Below, in pieces: positions 1-10,258 of a stretch of 64,000 nucleotides of DNA. The DNA is from an uncultured Verrucomicrobiota bacterium. GTDB lineage: Bacteria > Verrucomicrobiota > Verrucomicrobiia > Limisphaerales > CAIMTB01. The stretch is taken from NCBI GenBank assembly GCA_964476125.1, contig CAYZAE010000012.1, positions 996 to 64,995 of the forward strand, in the 5' to 3' direction. The position numbers and the translations under genes are program-made. The first letter of the stretch is position 1, and every line of letters begins with the position of its first letter. A model generated the notes under the pieces. It did no database searches and was not told where the DNA came from. It saw only the letters and a program-made list of their open reading frames with translations.

Positions 1-1
1 C

Positions 2-757
2 GTCCGCGCCTTCGTCAAGGCGGTCGAAACCACCGCCCACGGCCCGGAGATCATTCTCAGCCGCGCCGATCCCATGTTCGTCATCAAGCTGTTCCAGCTT
101 GAGGTGGCGGAAATCTCGGACGGCACCATCGAGGTCAAGGCCATCGCCCGCGAACCGGGCTATCGCACCAAACTCGCCGTCCATTCCCGCGATCCCAAGG
201 TGGATCCGGTCGGAGCCTGCGTCGGACTCCGCGGCCAGCGCGTGAAAAACATCGTGCGTGAGCTGAACAACGAAAAGGTCGACATCATCCCGTGGTCCCC
301 GGACATCCGGACCTACGTGAACGCCGCCCTGGCTCCGGCCAAACTCAAGGCTTTCGAAGTCGATGAAGCAGGGAAACGCATCAAGATCCTGGTCTCGAAC
401 GACCAGCTCTCCCTCGCCATCGGCCGTCGCGGGCAAAACGCCCGTCTCACCTCCAAACTGACCGGCTGGTACGTCGACATCGAGGAGGAGACCATCGCCC
501 CTGAACTCGGATTCGAGGAAAAGGTGGCTGAGGCGATTCATGATCTGGCGGGTATTTCGGGCATCACTGAAACCCAGGCCCGTGCCCTGGTCCTCATGGG
601 ATTCCATTCCTTTGATGACCTGGCCCAGGCCGAGGTTGATGACCTGCAGGCCAATCCAGAGATCGGCGACCAGGCCGTCGCCGTTCTTGCCGCTGTCCAA
701 GCCGAGGCTCTGCGTCGGCGTGGCGGCGGTTCGTCGGGTTCTTCGGAAGCCTCCTGA
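2..757 (+). CDS. nusA: Transcription termination/antitermination factor NusA, C-terminal part (5' end outside the window)
   Basis: The frame of ORF 74..757 stays open to the window edge. KH-domain signatures VGACVGLRGQRVKNIVRELNNEKVDIIPW and SLAIGRRGQNARLTSKLTGW are present. infB follows directly, as in the conserved nusA-infB operon. Confidence 0.9.
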   Translation, partial: VRAFVKAVETTAHGPEIILSRADPMFVIKLFQLEVAEISDGTIEVKAIAREPGYRTKLAVHSRDPKVDPVGACVGLRGQRVKNIVRELNNEKVDIIPWSPDIRTYVNAALAPAKLKAFEVDEAGKRIKILVSNDQLSLAIGRRGQNARLTSKLTGWYVDIEEETIAPELGFEEKVAEAIHDLAGISGITETQARALVLMGFHSFDDLAQAEVDDLQANPEIGDQAVAVLAAVQAEALRRRGGGSSGSSEAS

Positions 758-823
758 CCTGGGGAGCGGGCCATCGGGCAGGTCCCGAGGGTCGACGTTG
801 GCGCCGGTTCATTTTGATTTTCT

Positions 824-3800
824 ATGCCCGTTCGCATCTACGACATCGCCCGAAAACTCGGCGTGGAGAGCAAGGTAGTGCTCTCCAAGGCCAAGGAGTT
901 GGGCATCTCTCACGCCAAGGTGGCTTCCAGCACGCTCGACAAGATTACTGCCGAGTATCTGGAGGTGAATCTGGCGCCGGCGCGGGCCGCCTCCGACGTC
1001 CCCGCCCCCGAAACGCCAGCCACCCACGCCCATCCGCCTGTCGAGGATGCCAGCCACGAGGCTCACGAGACGTCTCATCCCGAACCCGCCCCGGCCCCAA
1101 CGCCTGGCCCGGTCGCGACGACGGCATCCCACTCCCACGTCGAGCCCACCCCGCCGGCCGCACCCGCCCCGGTTGCATCCGCCGCATCCGCTCCGGCGCA
1201 CTCGGCACCCTCCGCCCCGGTCAGGACCGCCCCGCCCGTAGTCGCCCCGGCCCATGCCGAGGCTCCGGTTCCGCCACCCACCCCCGCTCCAACGCCAGCC
1301 CCGGCTCCGGCTCCAGTTCCGGCCGCGCCCTCCGTCAGCCCGGTTTCCTCCGTTACGACGCCAGTCGCCACCGCTCCAGCCGGCGCGCCTGTTCCCGTTC
1401 CCGCTGTCGAGAGTCCCGTGGTGGCCTCACCCGCACCTTCCGTCGCGTCGGCGGCGCCCTCCGCGGCTCCCGCTCCTGTGGCCATGGAACCCGTCCGACC
1501 CCACGCTGAAGCCGCCCCCGCGGCTCCGGCATCGGCTCCCGCCGCCCCGGTCGTGGAGGCTTCCGCCCCGGCGGCAGGCGTGCCGCTCGCCCGTCCCGCG
1601 ACCGACGCTCCCTCCGTTCCCAAGGCGGCAGGGTCGTCCGCACCCGCACCCGCACCCACCCCCGTTCCCGCGGCTGCCCCGGCACCCGGGCCTGCGTCCG
1701 TGCCAGCACCTGCACCTTCACCCGCGCCCACCCCGGCTTCGAGTCCGACCCCGACCTCTGGAACGGCGGTCCCACCGGCGGCGCCTGCCGCTCCTTCCAC
1801 ACCCGCGGTTCCACCCCGTTCTCCCGGGCTTGGCGAACTGGTGGGGCGCATCGAACTTCCGTTCCGCAACCGGCCCGGTGGCCGGCCGCCAACGCCTCCG
1901 ACACCTCCCCCGCCGCCGCCGCAACAGAGGCGGCCCGAGCCGCCTCCCGGACGTCGGCCCGAGATGCCGCCGCGGGGTCGTCCGCCCGGCTTCACGGCCG
2001 CTGGCGGCCGTCCTTATGGTCAGGGCGGTGGTGCCGGACGTCCGCCGATAGGGCAGGGCCCGGGTCGCCCCGGCATGGCGGGTGGGCCGCCTGGACGCAT
2101 GGGGCCCGGTCAGCCACCCGCGCCTGCGGGTCGCCCGGGTGGGCCTCCCGGCAAACAGCCGGCGCTCCCGGATTACGTGGCGCCCGCCGATGGGAAGGTG
2201 ATCTCGCTCAAGCCGCCGATCATCGTACGCGATCTCGCGGAGAAGATGGGCATCAAGGCGTACCGGCTTCTCCATGACCTCATGGAGCTCGGCGTTTTCG
2301 CGAACCTGAACCAGTCGGTCGACGAGAAGGTCGCCCAGTTCATCGCGGCCCGGCACGGGTTCCGTTTCGAAGTGGAACGGCGTGAAAAGGGCGCCGGCCA
2401 GGTTCATGCGCCGGTCAAGAAGGTCGAACTGGACGTCGATGACGCGCCGGAGCAGCTGAAACTGCGTCCGCCCGTGATCACGATCATGGGTCACGTCGAC
2501 CATGGCAAAACGACGCTGCTGGATGTCATCCGCAAGTCGGACGTTGCCGCCCGGGAAGCCGGCGGGATCACCCAGCACATCGGGGCCTACACCATCCAGG
2601 TGCCGCATCCGGAAAAACCGGCCGAGCTGCAGCAGCTCACGTTCCTGGATACTCCCGGTCACGCTGCGTTCAGCGCCATGCGCGCCCGCGGTGCCAATGT
2701 CACCGACATCGTCATTCTGGTCGTTGCGGCCAGCGAAGGCGTGATGCCGCAGACGATCGAGGCGCTCAACCACGCCAAGGCCGCCAAGGTTCCGATCATG
2801 GTCGCGGTCAACAAGTGCGACCTGCCTGCGGCGAATCCCCTGCGCACCCGGCAGATGCTTCAGGAGCACGGGCTGGTTCCCGAGGAATGGGGCGGTGAAA
2901 CGATCTTCGTCGATGTTTCCGCCAGCACCAAGGCGGGGATCGACCAGCTGCTCGCCTTGCTGGTGCTCCAGGCCGACGTCATGGAGCTCAAGGCGAACCC
3001 CACCCGGCGCGCCAAGGGCAACGTGATCGAGTCCGGTCTCGAACCCGGCGGCCCGACCGCCACGGTCCTGGTCCGGAAAGGCACACTCCGCCTGGGCGAC
3101 GTGGTCATTTGCGGACAGTATTACGGCCGCACCCGCGCCCTCATCAGCGAGGAAGGTCACCGTCTCAAGGAGGCCGGACCCTCGGTTGCCGTGAAGGTTC
3201 TCGGTCTCAACGGCGTTCCCGAGGCCGGTCTCGAATTCAGTGTGGTCGAGAACGAAAAGACCGCCCGGAATCTCGCCGAGGAACGCGAACTCGAAGCCAA
3301 GGCCGCCGGCTGGGAACGCGGTCCCCGCGTCACGCTCGACAACTTCTTCAAGGTCATCGAGCAGCAGTCCGCCAAGAGCCTCAAGCTCATCGTCAAGGGC
3401 GACACCCAGGGCTCCGTCGAGGCCATCGTCGAAGCACTCAAGAAAATCGAGAGCACCAAGGTCAGCCTCGAAATCGTCCACAGCGCCGTCGGCACCATCA
3501 CCGAGAGCGACGTGCTGCTCGCCGCCTCCGCCAAGGGCATCATCGTCGGCTTCCACACCCGCCTCGACAACGGGGTGCCCGCCGCCGCCAAACGCGAGGG
3601 CGTTCAGATCAAGCAATACGAGATCATCTACGAACTCATCGACGAAGTCCGGGCCGCCATGGCCGGACTGCTCGATCCCGAGCTCAAGGAAATCACCCTC
3701 GGTGCTGCCGAGGTCCGGCAGATCTTCGATCTCTCCAAGGGCGGCCGTGTGGCCGGTTGCATGGTCCTCAACGGCCGCATCATCAAGGGCAAGGCCCGCG

Positions 3801-3982
3801 TCGTGCGCCGCAAGGAAGTCATTCACGACGGCATTCTCGGCACTCTCCGACGGTATCAGGACGAGGTGGCCGAAGTCCGTTCCGGCCTCGAGTGCGGCAT
3901 CCGCGTCTCGAGCTTTGATGACTTCCAGACCGGGGATCTCATCGAGAGCTATTCCGTCGAGAAGGTCGCCCAGCAGCTCTGA
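824..3982 (+). CDS. infB: Translation initiation factor IF-2 with a very long Pro/Ala-rich N-terminal linker
   Basis: 1052-aa ORF. GTPase motifs are [17 protein letters not shown] and NKCD, and the IF-2 C-terminal domains ([17 protein letters not shown]) are present. Synteny after nusA. Confidence 0.97.
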   Translation: MPVRIYDIARKLGVESKVVLSKAKELGISHAKVASSTLDKITAEYLEVNLAPARAASDVPAPETPATHAHPPVEDASHEAHETSHPEPAPAPTPGPVATTASHSHVEPTPPAAPAPVASAASAPAHSAPSAPVRTAPPVVAPAHAEAPVPPPTPAPTPAPAPAPVPAAPSVSPVSSVTTPVATAPAGAPVPVPAVESPVVASPAPSVASAAPSAAPAPVAMEPVRPHAEAAPAAPASAPAAPVVEASAPAAGVPLARPATDAPSVPKAAGSSAPAPAPTPVPAAAPAPGPASVPAPAPSPAPTPASSPTPTSGTAVPPAAPAAPSTPAVPPRSPGLGELVGRIELPFRNRPGGRPPTPPTPPPPPPQQRRPEPPPGRRPEMPPRGRPPGFTAAGGRPYGQGGGAGRPPIGQGPGRPGMAGGPPGRMGPGQPPAPAGRPGGPPGKQPALPDYVAPADGKVISLKPPIIVRDLAEKMGIKAYRLLHDLMELGVFANLNQSVDEKVAQFIAARHGFRFEVERREKGAGQVHAPVKKVELDVDDAPEQLKLRPPVITIMGHVDHGKTTLLDVIRKSDVAAREAGGITQHIGAYTIQVPHPEKPAELQQLTFLDTPGHAAFSAMRARGANVTDIVILVVAASEGVMPQTIEALNHAKAAKVPIMVAVNKCDLPAANPLRTRQMLQEHGLVPEEWGGETIFVDVSASTKAGIDQLLALLVLQADVMELKANPTRRAKGNVIESGLEPGGPTATVLVRKGTLRLGDVVICGQYYGRTRALISEEGHRLKEAGPSVAVKVLGLNGVPEAGLEFSVVENEKTARNLAEERELEAKAAGWERGPRVTLDNFFKVIEQQSAKSLKLIVKGDTQGSVEAIVEALKKIESTKVSLEIVHSAVGTITESDVLLAASAKGIIVGFHTRLDNGVPAAAKREGVQIKQYEIIYELIDEVRAAMAGLLDPELKEITLGAAEVRQIFDLSKGGRVAGCMVLNGRIIKGKARVVRRKEVIHDGILGTLRRYQDEVAEVRSGLECGIRVSSFDDFQTGDLIESYSVEKVAQQL

Positions 3983-3993
3983 GCCATCCGGCG

Positions 3994-4353
3994 ATGCACC
4001 GCGTCCGCTACGAACGGGTACGCGAGCTCCTGAAACGGGAGCTCGGAGAAATCATCCGCCGCGAAATCCCCATCGCGGTGGGTGGCGTCATCTGCGTCAA
4101 CGACGTCGGCCTGGCCGGCGATATGCAATCCGCGAAGGTGTTCGTGAGCATCGTCGGCACGGAGGAACAGAGGAAGGTCGGGGAGGAACTCCTCCGCACC
4201 CAGGTCATCGCCATCCAGAACCAGCTCGGACATGCCGTCGTCCTGCGCTACACGCCGCATCTGAAGTTCATCGTGGATGATTCAATCGCCCGCGGCGACA
4301 AGGTGCTCCAGATTCTCGACGAGCTGGACCAGGGACCGGGGCCGACGACATGA
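3994..4353 (+). CDS. rbfA: Ribosome-binding factor A
   Basis: 119 aa. The N-terminus (RVRELLKRELGEIIRREI...AKVFVS) is typical of RbfA. It lies immediately after infB, and its stop overlaps the next start (ATGA). Confidence 0.9.
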   Translation: MHRVRYERVRELLKRELGEIIRREIPIAVGGVICVNDVGLAGDMQSAKVFVSIVGTEEQRKVGEELLRTQVIAIQNQLGHAVVLRYTPHLKFIVDDSIARGDKVLQILDELDQGPGPTT

Positions 4354-5345
4354 GCGCGGCCAACGATACCATCGCCCAGATCCTCAGCACGCTTCGCCAG
4401 GCCAGTTCGGTGTGCGTGGTGGGGCATGTGCGACCGGACGGCGATTGCGCCGGCTCCCAGCTCGGGCTGGGCATGGCGCTGCGCAATGCGGGCAAGAAGG
4501 TGACGGTCTGGAACGAGGATTCGATCCCGCGAAAACTGGCCTTCCTCGATCCGGAGGGCCTGTTCGAAAAGCCGGTCCCGGGGCGCACCTTCGAATGCGT
4601 GGTGGCCACGGACGCCGCGAGTTTCGAGCGGCTCGGAGCCACCGGCAAATGCATCGGCGACCGCAAGGTCCTGCTGAACATCGACCATCACGAGAGCAAC
4701 ACGCAGTACGCCGACCTCAACTGGGTCGTCCCCGACGTGCCCTCGACCGGCGAGCTGGTTTTCGAGCTTCTCAAACGCGCCCGGTGGCCCGTCACGGCCC
4801 CGATTGCGGACTGCCTGTTCGCGGCGATTTCCACCGACACCGGATCCTTCCGCTATTCCACCACCGTTCCCGCGACGTTCCGTGCGGCGGCCGAGTTGGT
4901 GGAGCAGGGGGCCGATCTCGGGAGGATCGGGCACTTCGTCTACGATTCCCATCCGATGTCCCGGTTCCGGCTCCTGCGGCATGTCTACCGCCAGTGCCGG
5001 CTCACCCATGACGATCGCATCGCCTACTTCTGGCTGCGCCCCGGCGACTACGGTCGCGCTGGCGCCGAGCGCGAGGAAAGCGAAGGTCTCATCGACCACG
5101 TCCGGTCCATCGAACCGGTGATCGTGGCCTGCGTCTTCGAGCAAACCCCGGACGGCCAGGTCCGGATCAGTCTTCGTTCCAAGAGTGAGCGGGTCGATGT
5201 GAACGTCATCGCGCAGCAGTTCGGCGGCGGCGGTCACCGGGCCGCGGCCGGCGCACGGATTGCCGGCACACCGTTGGCGGTGCAGCGACGCGTCCTGCGC
5301 GCTCTCCGACGTGCCATCGATGCGGCCGCTCCTTCCAGATCCTGA
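4350..5345 (+). CDS. DHH/DHHA1 phosphoesterase (NrnA-like oligoribonuclease / pAp phosphatase)
   Basis: 331 aa with DHH-family motifs (GHVRPDGDCAGS, NIDHHESN, STDTGSF, GGGGH). It sits between rbfA and truB, as in many bacteria. Confidence 0.8.
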   Translation: MSAANDTIAQILSTLRQASSVCVVGHVRPDGDCAGSQLGLGMALRNAGKKVTVWNEDSIPRKLAFLDPEGLFEKPVPGRTFECVVATDAASFERLGATGKCIGDRKVLLNIDHHESNTQYADLNWVVPDVPSTGELVFELLKRARWPVTAPIADCLFAAISTDTGSFRYSTTVPATFRAAAELVEQGADLGRIGHFVYDSHPMSRFRLLRHVYRQCRLTHDDRIAYFWLRPGDYGRAGAEREESEGLIDHVRSIEPVIVACVFEQTPDGQVRISLRSKSERVDVNVIAQQFGGGGHRAAAGARIAGTPLAVQRRVLRALRRAIDAAAPSRS

Positions 5346-6061
5346 TGCTCCCCACCCAGTTACCCGGCGACGGCGCGTTGCTCGTCGACAAACCCTCCGG
5401 ATGGACGTCGCATGACGTCGTCGACAAAATGCGCCGACATCTTGGCATCAAGAAGGTCGGGCATTGTGGCACCCTGGACCCGATGGCCACCGGGTTGCTG
5501 GTCCTGCTGCTCGGCAAGGCCACCAAGCTTTCCGACCAGTTGATGGCCTCGGACAAGGTTTACTCGGGCCGGATCCGGCTGGGGGAGACGACGGCCTCCT
5601 ACGATGCGGACGGCGAATTGGTGGCGTCGCTGCCGGTGCCCCCGCTGACGCTTGAGGATTTGAACGAGACGGCGGCCACCTTCATCGGCGACCTGATGCA
5701 GACGCCGCCCATGGTTTCGGCCGTGAAGATCAAGGGCGTGCCCCTCTACCGGATGGCGCGCAAGGGCGTTGAAGTGGAGCGGGAGGCCCGGCTGGTTCAC
5801 GTCTACAATTTCCGCTTCACCCACTACGCGGAGCCGGAGGGGGACTTCCGGCTGGCGTGCACGAAGGGGACGTACGTTCGTTCCATCGCCCATGAACTGG
5901 GGGAAAAGGTCGGTTGCGGAGCCCATCTGTCGGCCCTGCGCCGCCTTGATTCCGGCCGGTTCAGCGTGAACGAAGCCACGCCGCTGGAACAGTTGCTGAC
6001 CCAGGAACCTGGGGACATTCTCTCCCGACTCGTTCCGTTCGTGAAACTGCTGGCGGCATGA
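5345..6061 (+). CDS. truB: tRNA pseudouridine(55) synthase TruB
   Basis: 238 aa. Contains the catalytic-Asp motif GHCGTLDPMATGLLVLLLG and PPMVSAVKIKGVPLY. Start overlaps the upstream stop. Confidence 0.95.
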   Translation: MLPTQLPGDGALLVDKPSGWTSHDVVDKMRRHLGIKKVGHCGTLDPMATGLLVLLLGKATKLSDQLMASDKVYSGRIRLGETTASYDADGELVASLPVPPLTLEDLNETAATFIGDLMQTPPMVSAVKIKGVPLYRMARKGVEVEREARLVHVYNFRFTHYAEPEGDFRLACTKGTYVRSIAHELGEKVGCGAHLSALRRLDSGRFSVNEATPLEQLLTQEPGDILSRLVPFVKLLAA

Positions 6062-6987
6062 AGATCCTCTCGGAGGCCGGGCTTCCCGGCATGGCCCAGG
6101 GCCCCGCGTGCCTCGCCATCGGGGTCTTCGATGGCGTGCATCTCGGTCACCGGGCGGTGATCCGTCAGACGCTTTCCGAAGCCCGTCGCAGGGGAGGGGC
6201 CGCGGTCGCCATCACCTTCGACCGGCACCCTGCCGCCATCGTGGCTCCCGACCGCAAACCGCCACTTCTCTGCCCGGTCTGGAGGAAGCTCGAGGCGCTC
6301 GCCCAGCTCGGACTCGATGCCACCGTGGTTTACGCCTTCGACGAATCCTTCTCCCGCCAGTCGGCGGCCCAGTTCGTGGATCGGCTCAGAACCGGGTTTG
6401 GCGTTCTGGGTAGCGTGACCGTCGGAGCCTCCTTCGTCTTCGGTCACGGAAGGACCGGCAATCTCGACGAATTGGGGCGCCTGGGCGCCTGCCATGGATT
6501 CGAAGTGCACGGGCTGCCACCGGTGGAAATCTCGGGCGAAGTGGTGAGCAGCACCCGCCTGCGCGAACTGGTCGCCAATGGCGAATTCGACCGCGCGGCG
6601 ACGCTTCTCGGACGTCGGCACACCCTCGCCGGCGAGGTGATCCAAGGCGACCGATTGGGGCGCAAGCTGGGGTTTCCCACAGCCAACGTCGATGTCGACG
6701 GTTTGGTTCTCCCCCCCCAGGGCGTTTATGCCGGATACGCGATGTGGGAAGGCTGCCGGATTCCCGCGGCTGTGAACATCGGCCGCCGGCCAACCCTCGA
6801 TGGATCCATCTCCGCCATCCGGGTGGAGGCGCATCTGCCTGGTTTCGAGGGGGACCTCTACGGTCGACGGATGGAACTCGACCTCCACACCCGACTCCGG
6901 CCCGAACAGAAATTCCCCTCCCTCGAAGCCCTGGTGGAACAGATCGGCCGCGATGTCGCGGCTGTGCGGGTGTGGTCGGGGAATTAG
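6058..6987 (+). CDS. ribF: Bifunctional riboflavin kinase / FAD synthetase
   Basis: 309 aa. N-terminal FMN adenylyltransferase (GVFDGVHLGHRAVI) and C-terminal riboflavin kinase (GDRLGRKLGFPTAN, RPEQKFPSLEAL). Coupled to truB (ATGA). Confidence 0.95.
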   Translation: MKILSEAGLPGMAQGPACLAIGVFDGVHLGHRAVIRQTLSEARRRGGAAVAITFDRHPAAIVAPDRKPPLLCPVWRKLEALAQLGLDATVVYAFDESFSRQSAAQFVDRLRTGFGVLGSVTVGASFVFGHGRTGNLDELGRLGACHGFEVHGLPPVEISGEVVSSTRLRELVANGEFDRAATLLGRRHTLAGEVIQGDRLGRKLGFPTANVDVDGLVLPPQGVYAGYAMWEGCRIPAAVNIGRRPTLDGSISAIRVEAHLPGFEGDLYGRRMELDLHTRLRPEQKFPSLEALVEQIGRDVAAVRVWSGN

Positions 6988-6996
6988 GGAGTTGCC

Positions 6997-7236
6997 ATGA
7001 GTTCGCACGCTTCTATAGTCGCCAGCATGAAACGTTTCCGCGGCTCCGCGGCCGCAGCCATTCTGGTTCTGGCGGCGACCGTCGTTGGCTGCGGGGGAGT
7101 CAAGGGCAGCCACTCCGTGTCCCCGGCCTCCATGTTCATGCCCGGACTCATGAAGAACGATACGCCGCGCCCGGTTCAACCCGGTCAGGCGACGCCGCCG
7201 GTCCGCAAACCCGACGACCGCAGCCTCCCGAGTTAA
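6997..7236 (+). CDS. Small hypothetical lipoprotein
   Basis: 79-aa ORF with a signal peptide and lipobox-like LAATVVGC (an internal start MKRF near 7027 is possible). I recognise no homology. Confidence 0.4.
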   Translation: MSSHASIVASMKRFRGSAAAAILVLAATVVGCGGVKGSHSVSPASMFMPGLMKNDTPRPVQPGQATPPVRKPDDRSLPS

Positions 7237-7247
7237 GACCCTTTCCC

Positions 7248-8723
7248 ATGCGTTTCCCCCTCGCCCTGACGCTCAAGATCACGCGGCACATCATCAAGCA
7301 CAAGGTCCGGCGGACTCCCAAGTTCGCCATGGTTCTGCAGCTTGAGCCCCTGCACACCTGCAACCTCACGTGCACGGGATGCGGCCGGATCCGCGAGTAC
7401 TCCACCAGCCTCAAGGACATGGTTCCCCTGGAACAATGTCTGGCGGCGGCCGTCGATTGCGACGCGCCCATGGTCTCAATCTGCGGCGGCGAACCCCTCA
7501 TCTATCCCAAGATCGAGGAACTGGTCGCCGGCCTCCGCGCGCAGCGCCGCATCATCTACATCTGCACGAATGGCGTGTTCATGCGGAAAAAGATGCGCGA
7601 CTACCTCGCCGCGCACTACTCCCCCGCGCTTGAACCAAAGCTCCGCCGCCTGGTCGACGAACTGCTGGTCACGGAGAAGGAGGCGGAACAAATCCGGACT
7701 GCCGACGCCGCCGCGCGCTCCAAGGTCACCATCGCCCCGTCGCAGTGGATGTACTGGAACGTCCATGTCGACGGACTCGAGTACACGCACGATCTCATCG
7801 TCGAACGTGAAGGCGTCTTCAAGGAATGCGTCGCCGCCATCAAGATGGCCAAGATTCTTGGCTATCAGGTCGCCACGAATACCACCGTCTACAAGGAGAC
7901 CGACGTCCAGGAACTCGAGGACATGTTCAAGTTCCTCTCCCACCTCGATGTCGACGGCCACACGATTTCGCCCGGCTACGACTACGACGCCGCCAAGAAG
8001 GACATGATGAAGCGGCTCGGGCGCAAGCCGGAGGATTTCTTCCTCACGCGCGCCATGACGCGTGAGAAGTTCCGCAACATCCAAAGCTGGGGCGAGCGAT
8101 TCACCATCTTCGGCACACCGGTTTACCAGGAGTTCCTCGCCGGAAAACGGGAATTGACCTGCAGCGCCTGGGCCATTCCCACCTTCAACGTCAAGGGCTG
8201 GAAGGCGCCCTGCTACCTGATGACCGACGGTCACTACCCCAGCTACGGGGAGATGCTCGCCAAGGTCGATTGGGAGAAGTACGGGGTGGTCGATGGCGTC
8301 GCCCGGGATCCCCGCTGCGAAAACTGCATGGTGCACTGCGGTTACGACCCCAGCGGCGCGCTCGGCACCAACTACCAGCGGGGCGACAACTGGAAGAACT
8401 TCAAATACAACTTCGCCGCCCGTCCCAAGCCCTGCCCGGATGGCGCTCAAGTGCACGCCTTCAACGGCGTGACCGTCGGCAAGGGACATCTCGCCGAGGC
8501 CAAGGCCACCGTGAACCGGGAACTCGCCGGCGCGAAGTCCGCCTTCGCCAGGGCCGGGAACGGCATCGAAACCGAAGCCAGCTCGGGTTCCTCCGGAGGA
8601 GGCTGCTCCTCGGGACCTTCGCACGATGCCGGTCACACCCACGGCAATGGCACCAGCCAAAGGGATGAACTGCTGGCCCGGATCCGTCAGGGCGGCAACG
8701 GTCAGGGTCCGGCCTCAAGCTAG
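7248..8723 (+). CDS. hpnH: Hopanoid-associated radical SAM protein HpnH (adenosylhopane synthase) with an internal insertion and a Gly/Ser/His-rich C-terminal tail
   Basis: Start taken at MRFPLALTLK inside ORF 6744..8723. Contains the radical-SAM CxxxCxxC (LHTCNLTCTGCGRI) and the HpnH-typical CSAWAIPTFNVKGWKAPCYLM and CENCMVHCGYDPS. Confidence 0.9.
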   Translation: MRFPLALTLKITRHIIKHKVRRTPKFAMVLQLEPLHTCNLTCTGCGRIREYSTSLKDMVPLEQCLAAAVDCDAPMVSICGGEPLIYPKIEELVAGLRAQRRIIYICTNGVFMRKKMRDYLAAHYSPALEPKLRRLVDELLVTEKEAEQIRTADAAARSKVTIAPSQWMYWNVHVDGLEYTHDLIVEREGVFKECVAAIKMAKILGYQVATNTTVYKETDVQELEDMFKFLSHLDVDGHTISPGYDYDAAKKDMMKRLGRKPEDFFLTRAMTREKFRNIQSWGERFTIFGTPVYQEFLAGKRELTCSAWAIPTFNVKGWKAPCYLMTDGHYPSYGEMLAKVDWEKYGVVDGVARDPRCENCMVHCGYDPSGALGTNYQRGDNWKNFKYNFAARPKPCPDGAQVHAFNGVTVGKGHLAEAKATVNRELAGAKSAFARAGNGIETEASSGSSGGGCSSGPSHDAGHTHGNGTSQRDELLARIRQGGNGQGPASS

Positions 8724-8735
8724 CTGTCCGATATC

Positions 8736-10190
8736 ATGAGCTGTCTTTTCCTTTCCCCCCCCAGTTTCGATGGCTTCGACGGCGGAGCAGGGGCGCGATA
8801 CCAGGCGCGTCGCGAGGTCACCAGCTTCTGGTACCCCACCTGGCTGGCCCAACCGGCCGCCCTCGTGCCCGGCTCCCGCCTGCTCGATTGCCCGCCCCAT
8901 GATGTCGGCAAGGAGGAATGTCTCCGCATCGCCCGGGATCACGAGCACGTCATCATCCATACCTCCACGCCTTCGCTCAGGAACGACTGCAAGGTGGCTG
9001 AGGCCATCAAGGCGCAGCGGCCCGAGACGGTCATCGGATTCGTCGGTGCCCACGCCGCGGTGCTCCCGACCGAAACCCTGAAGGCCTCCCCCTCCATCGA
9101 TTGGGTGGGCCGCAAGGAGTTTGATTTTACCTGCAAGGAGGTCGCCGAAGGTCGTCCCCTGGCCGGTGTTGCCGGACTGTCCTACCGGGATAAGGAAGGC
9201 AAGATCCGCCACAATCCCGAGCGCGAACTGATCCACAACATGGACGAACTGCCGTGGGTGGCGGACGTCTACAAGCGCGATCTGACCATCGAGAAGTACT
9301 TCATCGGGTACCTCCAGCATCCCTACGTCAGCCTCTACACAGGACGCGGCTGCCCGGCCCAGTGCACCTTCTGTCTCTGGCCGCAGACCATCGGCGGACA
9401 CAAATACCGGGTTCGCTCGCCGCAAAATGTCGCCGATGAAATGGCGTACATGAAGAAGACCTTCCCGCAGGTGCGTGAGTTTTTCTTCGACGACGACACC
9501 TTCACCGCCAACCTGCCCCGGGCTCGCGAGATCGCGAAGAAGCTTGCCCCGTTGGGGGTGGACTGGAGCTGCAACAGTCGCGCCAACCTCGACTACGACA
9601 CCATCAAGTCGTTCAAGGATTCCGGGCTCCGGCTGTTCCTGGTCGGTTACGAGTCGGGCAACGACGACATTCTCCAGCGCATCAAGAAGGGCGTCACCAT
9701 GGACGAGATGCGCCGCTTCACCCGTTCCTGCCACCAGGCGGGCGTTGTGGTTCACGGCACGTTCATCCTGGGGTTGCCGGTCGAAACACCCGCCTCCATC
9801 GAGAACACCATCAACTTCGCCAAGGAGTTGGACGTCTTCAGTCTCCAGGTCAGCCTCGCGGCGCCCTACCCGGGCACGGAACTCTACGAGATGGCCCGCC
9901 AGAACGGGTGGTTCGCCAAGCGCGACAAGGCAGACATCATCCATACCGATGGCTTCCAGGACTCCTCGCTCGAGTATCCCGGCCTGAACAAGGAGGAGAT
10001 CTTCGAGGCGGTGGACCGCTTCTACCGGTCCTATTACCTGCGTCCGAAGCCGATCCTGCGCATCATCAAGACGATGCTCGAAGACAAGGATGTGTTCGTC
10101 CGCCGCTGCCGCGAGGGTTACGAGTTCTTCAAAAGCCTGCGTCAGCGGAAGGAAACCCTGGCCGCTGCCCGGGCCGCCGCCGCAGCCTGA
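8736..10190 (+). CDS. hpnJ: Hopanoid-associated B12-binding radical SAM protein HpnJ
   Basis: 484 aa. The N-terminus LFLSPPSFDGFDGGAGARYQARREVTSFWYPTWLAQPAALVPGS is the characteristic HpnJ signature. Radical-SAM motif GRGCPAQCTFC. Adjacent to hpnH. Confidence 0.9.
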   Translation: MSCLFLSPPSFDGFDGGAGARYQARREVTSFWYPTWLAQPAALVPGSRLLDCPPHDVGKEECLRIARDHEHVIIHTSTPSLRNDCKVAEAIKAQRPETVIGFVGAHAAVLPTETLKASPSIDWVGRKEFDFTCKEVAEGRPLAGVAGLSYRDKEGKIRHNPERELIHNMDELPWVADVYKRDLTIEKYFIGYLQHPYVSLYTGRGCPAQCTFCLWPQTIGGHKYRVRSPQNVADEMAYMKKTFPQVREFFFDDDTFTANLPRAREIAKKLAPLGVDWSCNSRANLDYDTIKSFKDSGLRLFLVGYESGNDDILQRIKKGVTMDEMRRFTRSCHQAGVVVHGTFILGLPVETPASIENTINFAKELDVFSLQVSLAAPYPGTELYEMARQNGWFAKRDKADIIHTDGFQDSSLEYPGLNKEEIFEAVDRFYRSYYLRPKPILRIIKTMLEDKDVFVRRCREGYEFFKSLRQRKETLAAARAAAAA

Positions 10191-10258
10191 ATCGGATCCC
10201 TCCGACAAGCCCCCGGAGTCCCTAGGGCACCGGGGCTACCGATTCCCGCCCGCCCCGC

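Noticed and set aside
1718-3826. 702-aa minus-strand ORF, plus many other ORFs on both strands between 800 and 4300
   Set aside because: Antisense or out of frame relative to the unambiguous infB gene. Arg/Gly/Pro-rich composition is typical of stop-poor frames in GC-rich DNA.
6744-7247. 5' extension of the hpnH ORF overlapping ribF and the small lipoprotein ORF
   Set aside because: HpnH homology begins at MRFPLALTLK (7248). The extension overlaps the well-supported ribF in another frame.
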